Shown in pieces: positions 17,511-27,343 of a DNA stretch of 64,000 nucleotides (position 1 is its first letter; the number at the start of each line of letters is the position of its first letter). The DNA comes from an uncultured Caulobacterales bacterium. GTDB lineage: Bacteria > Pseudomonadota > Alphaproteobacteria > Caulobacterales > Parvularculaceae. The stretch lies in assembly GCA_964479275.1 (NCBI GenBank), contig CAYZLR010000003.1:9102-73101 (forward strand). Direction: 5' to 3'. Under the pieces are notes generated by a model, which saw only the letters and a list, made by a program, of their open reading frames with translations, was not told the DNA's origin and made no database searches. The translations under genes were made by a program, and so were the position numbers.

Positions 17511-18869
17511 ATGACGCAAACGGAAACGATCTATGCTCGGGCTTCGGCACCGGGGCGGGCGGGCGTTTGTGTATACCGCATTTCTGGGACAAAGGTGTCG
17601 GCCATCGCGAGTTGCCTGATTGATCGTCCACTAAAACCACGTATGGCACATCTATCATTGTTACGGGCTATGGATGGTCACGTGATTGATCAGGCGCTGG
17701 TTCTCCTATTTCCCGGGCCGCAAAGTTTCACCGGGGAAGACACCTTAGAGTTGCATTGTCACGGAAGCCGCGCAGTAGAGATTGACCTTTATCATTCTCT
17801 TCAGAAAATGGGAGCGAGAATCGCTGAAGCAGGTGAATTTACACTTAGAGCAATGAAAAATGGCAAAATGGATTTGCCTAAAGTCGAAGCTTTAGCAGAT
17901 CTTATCGATTCCGAAACAAACCAGCAGAAAAACTGGGCTTTGGGACAAATTCAAGGGCGTTTGAGCGAACAAATTTTGGGTTGGAGGGCCTTGCTTTTAA
18001 AAATTTTAACACCTTTGGCTGCAGATATCGATTTTCCCGATGAAGGCGATATTCCTGCCGCAATTGCAGCCAATGCATTGCCAATAATAGATCAACTTAT
18101 TGGAGAATTGAAACATGCTCTAAGGGGGGCGGAAAGAAGTCGGCAAATTCGCGATGGCTTGCTGATCGTGTTAGTAGGGCCGCCCAATGCTGGCAAATCA
18201 AGTTTGCTGAATCAGCTAGCGGGAAGCGAGATAGCAATTGTTTCGGATGAGCCTGGTACGACCCGCGATGTGATCGAGGCGAGATTGGAAATAGGGGGTA
18301 TGTTGGTCACAATGGCCGATACCGCAGGTCTTCGTGAATTAAGCGAAAATCAAATTGAAAAAGAGGGAATGCGCCGAACTCGGATCAAGGCGAGAGAAGC
18401 GGATTTAAGAATTCTTGTGCTTGATGGAGAAATTGTTTCACGTGAAACAATTTCCAGACAATCATTACAGGATCAGTATGGCCTGAAAGAAGGGGACATT
18501 ATTCTCGAAAATAAATCCGATCTCAGGTTTGATCGCGCGGGTATGGCTATAGATCCCGCAATATTCGATTTTACTATTTCCGCTAAAACTGGATCAGGCA
18601 TAGCAGAATTGATTGATGGGCTGGAACAAACGGTTTTGAATGGTCATACAGGAGTGACAGACAGTTGTCTCAATCGACAAAGACATGTGGAGGCTGTGAC
18701 TGTGGCAGTTTCAGCGCTAGAGCGTGCACGTAATAATGTTATGGCTTATCCTGAATTGGCAGCAGAAGATTTACGTTTGGCAAGTCGTGCTTTTGATCGT
18801 TTGGTGGGGGCGATAGATGTCGAGGATGTTTTAGGGGAAATATTTTCTAATTTCTGTGTTGGAAAGTAA
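17511..18869 (+). CDS. mnmE: tRNA modification GTPase MnmE
   Basis: 452-aa ORF with G1 GPPNAGKSSL, G3 DTAG and the C-terminal FCVGK. Confidence 0.95.
   Translation: MTQTETIYARASAPGRAGVCVYRISGTKVSAIASCLIDRPLKPRMAHLSLLRAMDGHVIDQALVLLFPGPQSFTGEDTLELHCHGSRAVEIDLYHSLQKMGARIAEAGEFTLRAMKNGKMDLPKVEALADLIDSETNQQKNWALGQIQGRLSEQILGWRALLLKILTPLAADIDFPDEGDIPAAIAANALPIIDQLIGELKHALRGAERSRQIRDGLLIVLVGPPNAGKSSLLNQLAGSEIAIVSDEPGTTRDVIEARLEIGGMLVTMADTAGLRELSENQIEKEGMRRTRIKAREADLRILVLDGEIVSRETISRQSLQDQYGLKEGDIILENKSDLRFDRAGMAIDPAIFDFTISAKTGSGIAELIDGLEQTVLNGHTGVTDSCLNRQRHVEAVTVAVSALERARNNVMAYPELAAEDLRLASRAFDRLVGAIDVEDVLGEIFSNFCVGK
18434..18449. promoter_or_regulatory. parS site 1 (TGTTTCACGTGAAACA), inside mnmE
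   Basis: The 16-bp parS palindrome is perfect, and the palindrome extends to 20 bp (ATTGTTTCACGTGAAACAAT). Confidence 0.85.
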
Positions 18870-18885
18870 TTCATAAGATCAAAAT

Positions 18886-18901
18886 TGTTTCACGTGAAAC
18901 A
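18886..18901. promoter_or_regulatory. parS site 2 (TGTTTCACGTGAAACA), in the mnmE-mnmG intergenic region
   Basis: The 16-bp palindrome is perfect, and the palindrome extends to 20 bp. Confidence 0.85.
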
Positions 18902-18975
18902 ATTTACCTAGGCATGTCGCTATTGAACCTCTATATGTTCTGAGAATTTAGGAAAAATGCCCCTAAGGCTAAATT

Positions 18976-20877
18976 ATGGATAATCCAGAAAAAGATTTTG
19001 ATGTCATTATCATTGGTGGCGGTCATGCGGGGTGCGAGGCTGCATCTGCCGCGGCACGCGCTGGTGCTAGAACTCTATTGGCTACCCATCGTTTTGATAC
19101 TATTGGTGAGATGTCTTGTAATCCAGCCATTGGTGGATTGGGTAAAGGTCACCTTGTTCGCGAAATTGACGCGCTCGATGGTTTAATGGGGCAAATTATC
19201 GATCAATCGGGTATTCAGTTTAGAATGCTTAATCGATCGAAGGGCCCGGCTGTTAGAGGTCCAAGGGCGCAGGCTGACAGGTCGTTATATCGTCAAAATA
19301 TGCAAAAAGCGATATCCGCAATACAAGGCCTGGAAGTACAAGAAATTTCTGTTGCTGATTTGATTGTCGAAAATGATGAGATTTGTGGTGTTTTGGGCGA
19401 GAGCGGTCAAAAACTCAGTGCAAAAGCAATTGTTCTGACCACGGGAACTTTTCTGAGAGGTGAGGTTCATATCGGCGATGAAAGAATACCTGCCGGTCGT
19501 GCGCGCGATCGTGAAGATTGGGAAAGCCCGGCGCTTGGTCTTTCGGATCGTCTATATGATGCGGGTTTAAAAATGGCGCGACTAAAAACCGGAACGCCGG
19601 CGCGGCTGGATGGTAATACGATCGATTGGGATAGTTTAGAACAACAGCCAGCCGATGAGTCTCCCGTTCCATTCTCATTTATGAATCAAGAGATAAAGGT
19701 GCCGCAAATATCTTGTGGTATCACGCATACAAATATAAAAACTCATGAAATCATAGAAAAAAACCTTGAGAGATCCGCTGTTTATTCCGGATCTATTTCA
19801 GGGCAAGGGCCGCGATACTGTCCGTCAATCGAAGATAAAGTGGTGCGATTTCGTGAACGCGATAATCACCAAATATTTCTTGAACCTGAAGGCCTTGAAG
19901 ATAATACCGTTTATCCGAATGGCATTTCAACATCACTTCCCACAGACGTACAAGATGCGTTCTTGAGAACTATCAAAGGACTCGAGAATGTGGAAATACT
20001 ACGATATGGCTATGCGATAGAGTATGATTATGTGGATCCACGAGAATTAAAAAATACGCTGGAAACCAAGCGACTTCCCGGTTTGTTTTTAGCGGGTCAA
20101 ATTAACGGGACTACAGGATATGAAGAAGCCGGGGCGCAAGGGTTAATAGCAGGGGTCAATGCCGCTCGATATGCGCTCAATGATGATGTGCCGTTTGTTC
20201 TTAATCGTTCGCAGGGTTATATCGGTGTTTTAATTGATGATCTCATTACGAATGGTGTAACTGAGCCGTATCGTATGTTTACATCTCGAGCCGAGTACCG
20301 TTTGACACTTCGTGCGGATAATGCGGATCAACGTTTAACACCGATTGGTATCGAAGCGGGCGTCGTGGGCGAGCAGCGGCAGAAAATGTTTCACGTGAAA
20401 CAATCGGCATTACAGGCGGCTCGTACATGGGCAAGCACAACAAACCTGACCCCGAATGAAGCTGCGCAACGAGGATTAAAGGTCAATCAGGATGGTCGCC
20501 GCCGTTCTATATTGGATTTATTATCACTCCCTGAAGTAACACTCGATAAATTGGAGGACTTGTTTCCGGAACTTTCTAACTGGAATGATGAAACCAAACA
20601 GCAATTGGCGATAGAGGCGCTTTATTCTGGTTATCTTCATCGACAGGAGGCCGATATCGCCTCTTTTCGAAAAGACGAAGCTTTATCTATTCCTGTTGAT
20701 TTTGACTATAGCAATGTGGTCGGGCTTTCTAATGAGGTCCGTGAAAAATTGGCCTCCAGACAGCCCTCATCATTGGGACAAGCGGCGCGTATAGAAGGGG
20801 TTACACCTGCTGCGTTAGCGTTATTATTGGCAACTTTGAAAAAAGGGGTACCGGGTCTTACTCGGTCGCAAGGTTGA
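18976..20877 (+). CDS. mnmG: tRNA uridine 5-carboxymethylaminomethyl modification enzyme MnmG (GidA)
   Basis: 633-aa ORF with the FAD motif [14 protein letters not shown] and [11 protein letters not shown]. Confidence 0.95.
   Translation: MDNPEKDFDVIIIGGGHAGCEAASAAARAGARTLLATHRFDTIGEMSCNPAIGGLGKGHLVREIDALDGLMGQIIDQSGIQFRMLNRSKGPAVRGPRAQADRSLYRQNMQKAISAIQGLEVQEISVADLIVENDEICGVLGESGQKLSAKAIVLTTGTFLRGEVHIGDERIPAGRARDREDWESPALGLSDRLYDAGLKMARLKTGTPARLDGNTIDWDSLEQQPADESPVPFSFMNQEIKVPQISCGITHTNIKTHEIIEKNLERSAVYSGSISGQGPRYCPSIEDKVVRFRERDNHQIFLEPEGLEDNTVYPNGISTSLPTDVQDAFLRTIKGLENVEILRYGYAIEYDYVDPRELKNTLETKRLPGLFLAGQINGTTGYEEAGAQGLIAGVNAARYALNDDVPFVLNRSQGYIGVLIDDLITNGVTEPYRMFTSRAEYRLTLRADNADQRLTPIGIEAGVVGEQRQKMFHVKQSALQAARTWASTTNLTPNEAAQRGLKVNQDGRRRSILDLLSLPEVTLDKLEDLFPELSNWNDETKQQLAIEALYSGYLHRQEADIASFRKDEALSIPVDFDYSNVVGLSNEVREKLASRQPSSLGQAARIEGVTPAALALLLATLKKGVPGLTRSQG
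20387..20402. promoter_or_regulatory. parS site 3 (TGTTTCACGTGAAACA), inside mnmG
   Basis: The 16-bp palindrome is perfect. The flanking bases are not palindromic. Confidence 0.85.
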
Positions 20878-20878
20878 A

Positions 20879-21502
20879 ATGACTCCTGATGGGTTTTTTG
20901 AACAGCTAAATGTAGATCAGCAAACCCGAGAGCGTTTATTAGCGTTTGACCGGTTTTTTGTTGAAAAGGCGGCATTTCATAATTTGGTTGCTCGCTCTAC
21001 GCTGCAGCAACGTTGGCATCGACACTACCTTGATAGTGCTCAGTTGTTTACTCTGCTGAAGCCCGATTGCCATACTTTGCTAGATATCGGTTCTGGGGGT
21101 GGATTTCCAGGTTTAATCTTAGCAGCACTTGGTGTTCAAATTGATCTGGACGTAACGCTTGTTGAAAGCACAGGCAAAAAATGTGATTTTTTGCGAGAAG
21201 CAGGCGAGGTCATGGATCTGAAATTGTTTCACGTGAAACAATGCCGGATTGAAACGCTATCTTTGGAAAAAAAACCGGATGTTATTACGGCCAGAGCCCT
21301 TGCCTCATTGGATAGGCTTTGTGAATATGTTTTTCCTTTGGTAGGGCCAAAAACACACTGTTTATTTCAAAAAGGTGCGAGAGGTCTGGAGGAGCTGGCG
21401 CTTGCTGAAAAAAAATGGACAATGCAGGTCGAGACCCATCAGAGCGTGACCAGCAATGATGCAATGATTTTCGATATAAAAAGGTTAAAGCGTAACCAAT
21501 AA
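20879..21502 (+). CDS. rsmG: 16S rRNA (guanine527-N7)-methyltransferase RsmG (GidB)
   Basis: 207-aa ORF with the SAM motif LLDIGSGGGFPGL. It starts 1 nt after the mnmG stop. Confidence 0.9.
   Translation: MTPDGFFEQLNVDQQTRERLLAFDRFFVEKAAFHNLVARSTLQQRWHRHYLDSAQLFTLLKPDCHTLLDIGSGGGFPGLILAALGVQIDLDVTLVESTGKKCDFLREAGEVMDLKLFHVKQCRIETLSLEKKPDVITARALASLDRLCEYVFPLVGPKTHCLFQKGARGLEELALAEKKWTMQVETHQSVTSNDAMIFDIKRLKRNQ
21225..21240. promoter_or_regulatory. parS site 4 (TGTTTCACGTGAAACA), inside rsmG
   Basis: The 16-bp palindrome is perfect, and the palindrome extends to 20 bp. Confidence 0.85.
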
Positions 21503-21586
21503 TGGTTTTGTTTGATATCCAAAATAAAATCAACGTAACCTGTTTAATGAGCGAGGGAGCCTCGATGAACGAGGCGTTTAAAAGCC

Positions 21587-22387
21587 ATGACACAACAAGT
21601 TAGAATCTTTGCGATTGCTAATCAAAAAGGTGGTGTTGGAAAAACCACGACTGCGATTAATCTAGCCACAGCACTTGTCGCAGTTGGGGAGCGGGTTTTA
21701 CTTATAGATCTTGATCCACAAGGAAATGCATCGACCGGACTTGGAATTTCTGCGGCCGCTCGTGAGCTGACGACATATGATGTATTGGCTGGAGAGTATC
21801 GATTAGAAGCGGCTGTGTTGGAAACGGATATTCCTGGGCTGACCCTTGCGCCAGCAGGAGAGGATCTGGCCGGCGCAGAAATCGAACTGTTTGACATTGA
21901 TCGCCGTCATTACCGCTTGCAAGATGCAATCGAGGAATATGTCCGTGCCTTTCCCTCAACAACTTATGTGATTATCGATTGCCCGCCATCGCTCAGTTTA
22001 CTGACTATCAATGCGCTTGTTGCCTGCGATGGAGTGATTATCCCGTTGCAATGCGAATTTTTTGCGCTCGAGGGGTTATCTCAAATTATTCGTACAATCG
22101 ATAAAGTTCGCGAGCGCATCAATTCAAATATTGATCTTTATGGCGTTGTTTTGACGATGTATGATAAACGTAACAATCTATCGAACCAGGTTGAGGCGGA
22201 TGTTCGTGGTCACCTGGCTGAGAAGGTTTTTGAAACTGTCATTCCGCGCAATGTCAGAATTTCAGAAGCGCCAAGCCATGGTAAACCGGCTCTTCTTTAT
22301 GATTTAAAGTGCCCCGGATCACAAGCTTATTTGCGACTTGCCAGTGAGATTATACAGCGTGAGAAAAAATCTCGCTCTGCGGCATGA
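21587..22387 (+). CDS. parA: chromosome partitioning ATPase ParA (Soj)
   Basis: 266-aa ORF with the deviant Walker A NQKGGVGKTTT. Confidence 0.95.
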   Translation: MTQQVRIFAIANQKGGVGKTTTAINLATALVAVGERVLLIDLDPQGNASTGLGISAAARELTTYDVLAGEYRLEAAVLETDIPGLTLAPAGEDLAGAEIELFDIDRRHYRLQDAIEEYVRAFPSTTYVIIDCPPSLSLLTINALVACDGVIIPLQCEFFALEGLSQIIRTIDKVRERINSNIDLYGVVLTMYDKRNNLSNQVEADVRGHLAEKVFETVIPRNVRISEAPSHGKPALLYDLKCPGSQAYLRLASEIIQREKKSRSAA

Positions 22388-22486
22388 TTCTAAACATAAG
22401 AATTTTCAGTACCGGAAAGCATAATATTTTTGAAGACTGTCATGAATTGGTCTTCAATTTCAAAAAAGATGATAAAGGCCACAATT

Positions 22487-23548
22487 ATGAATGAAAAAAA
22501 AATAACAAAAAGCGTGGAAAAGCCGCAAACTTTATCTTCAAAAAAAGCGCGAGGATTGGGCCGTGGTCTTGATGCTTTGTTAGGGGATCGGCCTGTGAGA
22601 AATGCAACACGCGATGAGGGCGAGCAAGAAAGTTTGCAAGCCAATGTTCGAAAACCAATCATGCCATCCCAACCACAAGTGGCGTCGGCTATTGGTGAGG
22701 TCAATACCGCGGCGGACTCTGAGCGGCTATCGGACGCGGTGGTCCCGATCGAGTTTTTGCGCGCAAACCCTACACAGCCCCGTAAAATGTTTGGTGAAGC
22801 AGCAATCGCGGAACTTGCGACCTCAATCAAAGTGCAAGGCTTATTGCAACCAATATTGGTGCGCCCGATAAAAAACGCGTCAACTGACCATGCTGCCCGT
22901 TATGAAATTGTAGCAGGGGAGCGCCGCTGGCGCGCATCGCAAAAAGCTGGTTTGCATGAAGTTCATGTTGTCATCCGTGACCTTGATGATCAGCAAACTG
23001 CAGAAATCGGGTTAATAGAGAATATTCAACGGGTTGATTTAAATCCGATGGAAGAGGCCGAAGCATATCACTATTTGAGTAAAATTCATGGCCGTAATCA
23101 GGAAGATATTTCTAAAGCGGTTGGCAAGAGCCGGAGTCATGTTGCGAATATGATGCGTCTTACCACCCTCACACAATCAGCACGCGATGCCTTGTCGCAA
23201 GGATTAATATCAACGGGTCATGCGCGTGCTTTATTATCAAGTCCAAATATCTCACTGCATTTGGCAGAAACACTGAATAAAGGTCTTTCCGTGCGCCAGC
23301 TCGAAGGGCTGGTTAAACAAGATAATCCGAAAAAACAACAACCCAAAACAGAGGGGAGTCTTTCTAAAAATCCTGATCTGTCGAAGGATGCGGATACTAG
23401 AGCGTTAGAGCGAGATCTCGCAGAAGCGCTAGGTTTAGAGGTGGTTCTCAATCATAAAAAATCTGGTGGGGGTGCTTTAACAATTGAATATCTGGATCTG
23501 GATCAGTTGGATCATGTTTGTCAGCGTTTAATGGGATCGCGTGTGTAA
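22487..23548 (+). CDS. parB: chromosome partitioning protein ParB (Spo0J)
   Basis: ParB motifs are present: GLGRGLDALLG, the IVAGERRWRA arginine patch and an HTH. I prefer ATG 22487 (AAAGG 8 nt upstream); the ORF track starts at TTG 22430. Confidence 0.9.
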   Translation: MNEKKITKSVEKPQTLSSKKARGLGRGLDALLGDRPVRNATRDEGEQESLQANVRKPIMPSQPQVASAIGEVNTAADSERLSDAVVPIEFLRANPTQPRKMFGEAAIAELATSIKVQGLLQPILVRPIKNASTDHAARYEIVAGERRWRASQKAGLHEVHVVIRDLDDQQTAEIGLIENIQRVDLNPMEEAEAYHYLSKIHGRNQEDISKAVGKSRSHVANMMRLTTLTQSARDALSQGLISTGHARALLSSPNISLHLAETLNKGLSVRQLEGLVKQDNPKKQQPKTEGSLSKNPDLSKDADTRALERDLAEALGLEVVLNHKKSGGGALTIEYLDLDQLDHVCQRLMGSRV

Positions 23549-23649
23549 AGCCGTGCGCATTTTTACAGAGTTGATGCATGGGGACCATCAACCTGATTGT
23601 CACCAGGCGGCAAAATTCTCTAACAACTTCGATCATGATTGATTGAGCT

Positions 23650-24597
23650 TCAGGTAAGGCCGCCCGCTAAAACATTGTGATCAGCTTTTCGCCAAATTCT
23701 AGGGACGCCGTGAATATGAACCCTGTCAACCACATGAGGACGCCATTCCATAACAAAACCAAAGCTTAGTAACAGGGCATCTAAATCCAATTGATTGACA
23801 TTATGAAAACCGATGTGATCTCTAATATAAAGGGCGCCGCCCGGCTTTAATATGCGCGCAAAAAACTCTAAGGCATGCAGTAACATCGGTTTTGACAATT
23901 CTCTTAAAACTTGAACCGCGCACACCATATCGACACGATTATCATCAATCAGGTCATCGCGCCAAGAGGGGATATGATTGACCGTTTGTGCATCAGATTT
24001 CAGATTAAAGTTGAGCGGATTATCTAGATAGTCATTCACCTCAAGCCCAAGGGCATGATAATATAAACCCTGCGTTAAATAAGACGCAGGAATCGCATCC
24101 ATCGCGATAAATGTTTCTATTTCACTAAATTCGCAAAGTCCAAGTACTGCTTGCCTGCCATGACCGGCGCCGAAGTCCAAAAAGCACTTAACTTTTTGCT
24201 CTTGAGTGACTGGGGTTATTCTTTGAAACAAAAAATCTTGAACATTATAAAGGGCAATAGCCTCATGCTTGATGGAAGAAGGGTCTAAGCCGAGTTTGTT
24301 TATTACTGCAATATCTCGTTGAAGTGCTTTTTCAATCAAATGGGTATTGGATTTCGCCTGGATATAATCAGGGTAAGGTATTTTATCAATCCAACCCATA
24401 AATTTTTCAAGGTGTGCGGGACCGAGAAAATCATAAAAGGCCATCTCGCTAAGTGCACCTTCGGAAAGGCGTTTTTGTAAATGACGCCAGCTCTCTTGCC
24501 AGATTAAGTCACTTTGAAAAGAATGATCCTGCGCTTGAACCTTATTGAAAAGGCTTAACATTTCCTTTGATGACCGATCAGCCAATTTATCGATCAT
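23650..24597 (-). CDS. class I SAM-dependent methyltransferase of unknown substrate
   Basis: 315-aa ORF with motif I FLDFGAGHGRQ and a post-I acidic residue. Its start overlaps the stop of the upstream glycosyltransferase gene in an ATGA. Confidence 0.7.
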   Translation of the reverse strand: MIDKLADRSSKEMLSLFNKVQAQDHSFQSDLIWQESWRHLQKRLSEGALSEMAFYDFLGPAHLEKFMGWIDKIPYPDYIQAKSNTHLIEKALQRDIAVINKLGLDPSSIKHEAIALYNVQDFLFQRITPVTQEQKVKCFLDFGAGHGRQAVLGLCEFSEIETFIAMDAIPASYLTQGLYYHALGLEVNDYLDNPLNFNLKSDAQTVNHIPSWRDDLIDDNRVDMVCAVQVLRELSKPMLLHALEFFARILKPGGALYIRDHIGFHNVNQLDLDALLLSFGFVMEWRPHVVDRVHIHGVPRIWRKADHNVLAGGLT

Positions 24598-25523
24598 GTG
24601 ATTATTCCAGTTTTAAAGAAATAAGATTGCCATTGATTGAGAAAGTTCTCACGCGTGAATTTTTGTGCGGTTTCAATAGCATTATGTCTGATGTCCTCAA
24701 AATTAAAATCATTTAAGTGATCCAGTAAGTAGGGGAGCTCAGAAAGCTTATCTTGTGGCAGACATAAGCTATTAACGCCAAAATCGAAATAATCCTGTCC
24801 GCCATAACCGTCAACGCCGATGGGGATTGATCCCATGGCCATCGCCTCTAATGGAATCATACCAAAACCTTCTGCAATGGTCAGCGTTAAAAAAAACCTA
24901 TACTGATTAATTTCATTTAACAGTGCTGGGCGAGAGAGCGCACGGCCACCAGCAAGAGTATCAGAGATCAGATTTGGGTTTTTGGTTTTATGAATGATCC
25001 AGGTCAATAATGTTTCATTACTTTCGGGAAAACCCTTTGGAGATTGATAAAATCTGTCTTTTTTCGCGATAAATTTAAGGGCTTCCGGGGTTTTTGGAAT
25101 AAAGGGATGAATCAATGGAGTTTCGCGATTATAGAGTTTGTGTACGTAGTTTTTCACAAATTGACTATTGGTCACCATATGTTCAATTTCAAGATCCAGA
25201 TAAGGAAAGGTCGTATAATGCTGAATATAGGAGATAATTTTACAGTTTGTCTTGAGGCTAAAAAGGGGTTTGTGAAAAGATGGATTTAAAATTAGAAAGT
25301 CATCACTGGTTTGAAGATGAAAAAAAGTGTCAAGAGTGATGAGAGTTGCTTCTTTGGTATAATGATAAAAATTTGAGGGGGCTGTTTCATTCCTGGCCTG
25401 AATGATAAAAAAAGAGCCCCCTTGATGATCGTGTAATGTTTCTCTGAGTAAGCTGGCAATTTCATATGCCATAAAGGCGCCGCCATTAGGGAGCCAGCCT
25501 CCCATTACAAAAACATTTGCCAT
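24594..25523 (-). CDS. GT-B fold glycosyltransferase (GT4-like, EX7E motif)
   Basis: 309-aa ORF with EGFGMIPLEAMAMGSIPIG. G+C is 19/60 and 20/60 in two hand-counted 60-nt samples, against 31/60 in adjacent holA. Confidence 0.7.
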   Translation of the reverse strand: MANVFVMGGWLPNGGAFMAYEIASLLRETLHDHQGGSFFIIQARNETAPSNFYHYTKEATLITLDTFFHLQTSDDFLILNPSFHKPLFSLKTNCKIISYIQHYTTFPYLDLEIEHMVTNSQFVKNYVHKLYNRETPLIHPFIPKTPEALKFIAKKDRFYQSPKGFPESNETLLTWIIHKTKNPNLISDTLAGGRALSRPALLNEINQYRFFLTLTIAEGFGMIPLEAMAMGSIPIGVDGYGGQDYFDFGVNSLCLPQDKLSELPYLLDHLNDFNFEDIRHNAIETAQKFTRENFLNQWQSYFFKTGIIT

Positions 25524-25573
25524 CTTGTTTCCTTAAAAAACTATATTTCTAGACCAGTCGCTAGTGATAGAAA

Positions 25574-26653
25574 TTACCGTTTTTTTGTTTGTGCCATTCT
25601 CGCGAGTCTTAGGGCCGTGCGCTCGACAATTTCCCGTTGCGGTGCGCCGGTGGTTTTTGCATCCATTTCAGCATCGATAAGTAAACGGTGGGCGAGTTTT
25701 AGTCGTGGGCTTGACCAAATGTTCAGGCGCTCACGAAATGCATTTTGTTCTCCAAAAAAAACCGGGGGTCTTAGTTTTTTCATGGCGTCATTAGGGCTTA
25801 AACCCGCGTCGACCAAACCTCGCGCTTCTCTAAGTCTGGAAAAATTTCTTTGTAAGCCGCGCAATAATCCAATCGGGCTGGTACCAGATAGGGCCGATCG
25901 ATACAAAGCTTGCGATAATGGTCCTGTCACCCCGTCAGCGCAGTTGGCCATAACATCATCCATCGTATCTGTTGTGCTATCATTAAGACAGGCTTTAACA
26001 TCAGCAAGAGTAATTGTAGTATCTGTTGGGTTTTCGGTTTTAACAAACTTTGATCCTGCAGTTTTATAAAAGCAGAGTTTTTCTAATTCACTACGGGTTA
26101 TGCCGCGATCATCTCCTAAGATGTGTGTCACCATTGTAAGGGCATCATTATCAAAACTAAGACCAAACTCCTGAACCAGTTGATTGGCCAGTGAGCGTAC
26201 AGCCATGGGGGCATCACTGTAACACGGCAGCGTGGCCGCTCTTTTTGCTTTTTCAAAAGCTTTACGCATGCCAGAGCGTGGCCCCAAGTCGCTGCCTTCA
26301 ACAATGACAATGCCATTGGGTTTGAGATAATCACTATCTAAAGATTTTAAAAACCCGGTAATGGCAGCACCTGCAGCCTCACCAGAACATCGTATACGGA
26401 TAACACGTTCACCGCCCATAAAAGAAAGAGCAGTAATCTCATCGCTCAATCGTCCAGGTTCTGCTTTTAGGTCTGCTTCACTCAATTCCATGAAATTAAA
26501 CGGGTCACTCAAATCCTGTAAAATTAGATGGGCGAGCAAGGAGGAGCGTTCGCGCACAAGACCTTGATCGGGGCCATAAACCAGAAAGGCGGAGAAATTG
26601 GCATCACGCTTTTTTAGAGTGGCCTCGATGGTTTTTCCCTTTAAGGCGACCAT
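25574..26653 (-). CDS. holA: DNA polymerase III delta subunit
   Basis: 359-aa ORF in the conserved leuS-lptE-holA order, with a delta-like N-terminus (FLVYGPDQGLVRE). Confidence 0.8.
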   Translation of the reverse strand: MVALKGKTIEATLKKRDANFSAFLVYGPDQGLVRERSSLLAHLILQDLSDPFNFMELSEADLKAEPGRLSDEITALSFMGGERVIRIRCSGEAAGAAITGFLKSLDSDYLKPNGIVIVEGSDLGPRSGMRKAFEKAKRAATLPCYSDAPMAVRSLANQLVQEFGLSFDNDALTMVTHILGDDRGITRSELEKLCFYKTAGSKFVKTENPTDTTITLADVKACLNDSTTDTMDDVMANCADGVTGPLSQALYRSALSGTSPIGLLRGLQRNFSRLREARGLVDAGLSPNDAMKKLRPPVFFGEQNAFRERLNIWSSPRLKLAHRLLIDAEMDAKTTGAPQREIVERTALRLARMAQTKKR

Positions 26654-26656
26654 GTT

Positions 26657-27319
26657 TTAGCGACCTGGGATCAATTCCGGATCAAAATCAGGATCAAATG
26701 GTGTGTAATCTTCTGGCACATCAAATATTTCCTGGTCTTTGACGGGTTTTTGTCCTCGTTTCTTTGCCCGATCAATTATGATGTCGAACTCATCTTGTTG
26801 TAAAAGAATATCGCGTTCAATTTGCTCGGCAAGACGGCGAGCTGATTTTTCAACCGCTTCTCGTTCCGCAAAAAGAGAAGAATATTGTGACGTCACCTGA
26901 TTAAATGAAGCGATAGCAGAAAGATTGCCACGGATCATGGCGCCAGTGTCGCGGTGGATCAATCGATAGCGACTATTTAGAGTGTAATTTAACCGGGTGA
27001 CGGAAGCGTCGAGTTGAACGGCTAATCGGCGGGCAACAGGTGTGACTTCTACATGAAGATCAAACATCTCTCCAGAACCATCTTGTAACAGACGGCTTTG
27101 TAATTCTCGTCTTAAGATGGGTTGTACAGCAAGATTGCCCTCGCCAGCGTCACGGCTTGAAATAATACTTGCGACATTGACATTTCTTAGCAATCCATTC
27201 GCACGCGGTTCATCTGGCGTTGCATAGATCGGTTGAAACCCGCAAGCGCTTAATAGCATGACAGCAAAACCAAGTGCGATTACGGCGAAACTTTTTTTTA
27301 TCATCATTATTAACCTCAT
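26657..27319 (-). CDS. lptE: LPS-assembly lipoprotein LptE
   Basis: Lipobox LLSACGFQPIY is present, and the gene sits between leuS and holA. Confidence 0.8.
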   Translation of the reverse strand: MRLIMMIKKSFAVIALGFAVMLLSACGFQPIYATPDEPRANGLLRNVNVASIISSRDAGEGNLAVQPILRRELQSRLLQDGSGEMFDLHVEVTPVARRLAVQLDASVTRLNYTLNSRYRLIHRDTGAMIRGNLSAIASFNQVTSQYSSLFAEREAVEKSARRLAEQIERDILLQQDEFDIIIDRAKKRGQKPVKDQEIFDVPEDYTPFDPDFDPELIPGR

Positions 27320-27343
27320 GCGATAATCCCGAAGGTGGCAATC

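Noticed and set aside
21559-21575. A 6-bp hairpin, GCCTCG-atgaa-CGAGGC, between rsmG and parA, considered as a possible attenuator.
   Set aside because: The stem is short and there is no U-tract. The rsmG-parA-parB genes are normally co-transcribed, so the evidence is insufficient.
22390-22830. A 146-aa minus-strand ORF overlapping the parA-parB junction and the parB 5' end.
   Set aside because: It is antisense to parB, the sequence is unprotein-like, and it has no independent support.
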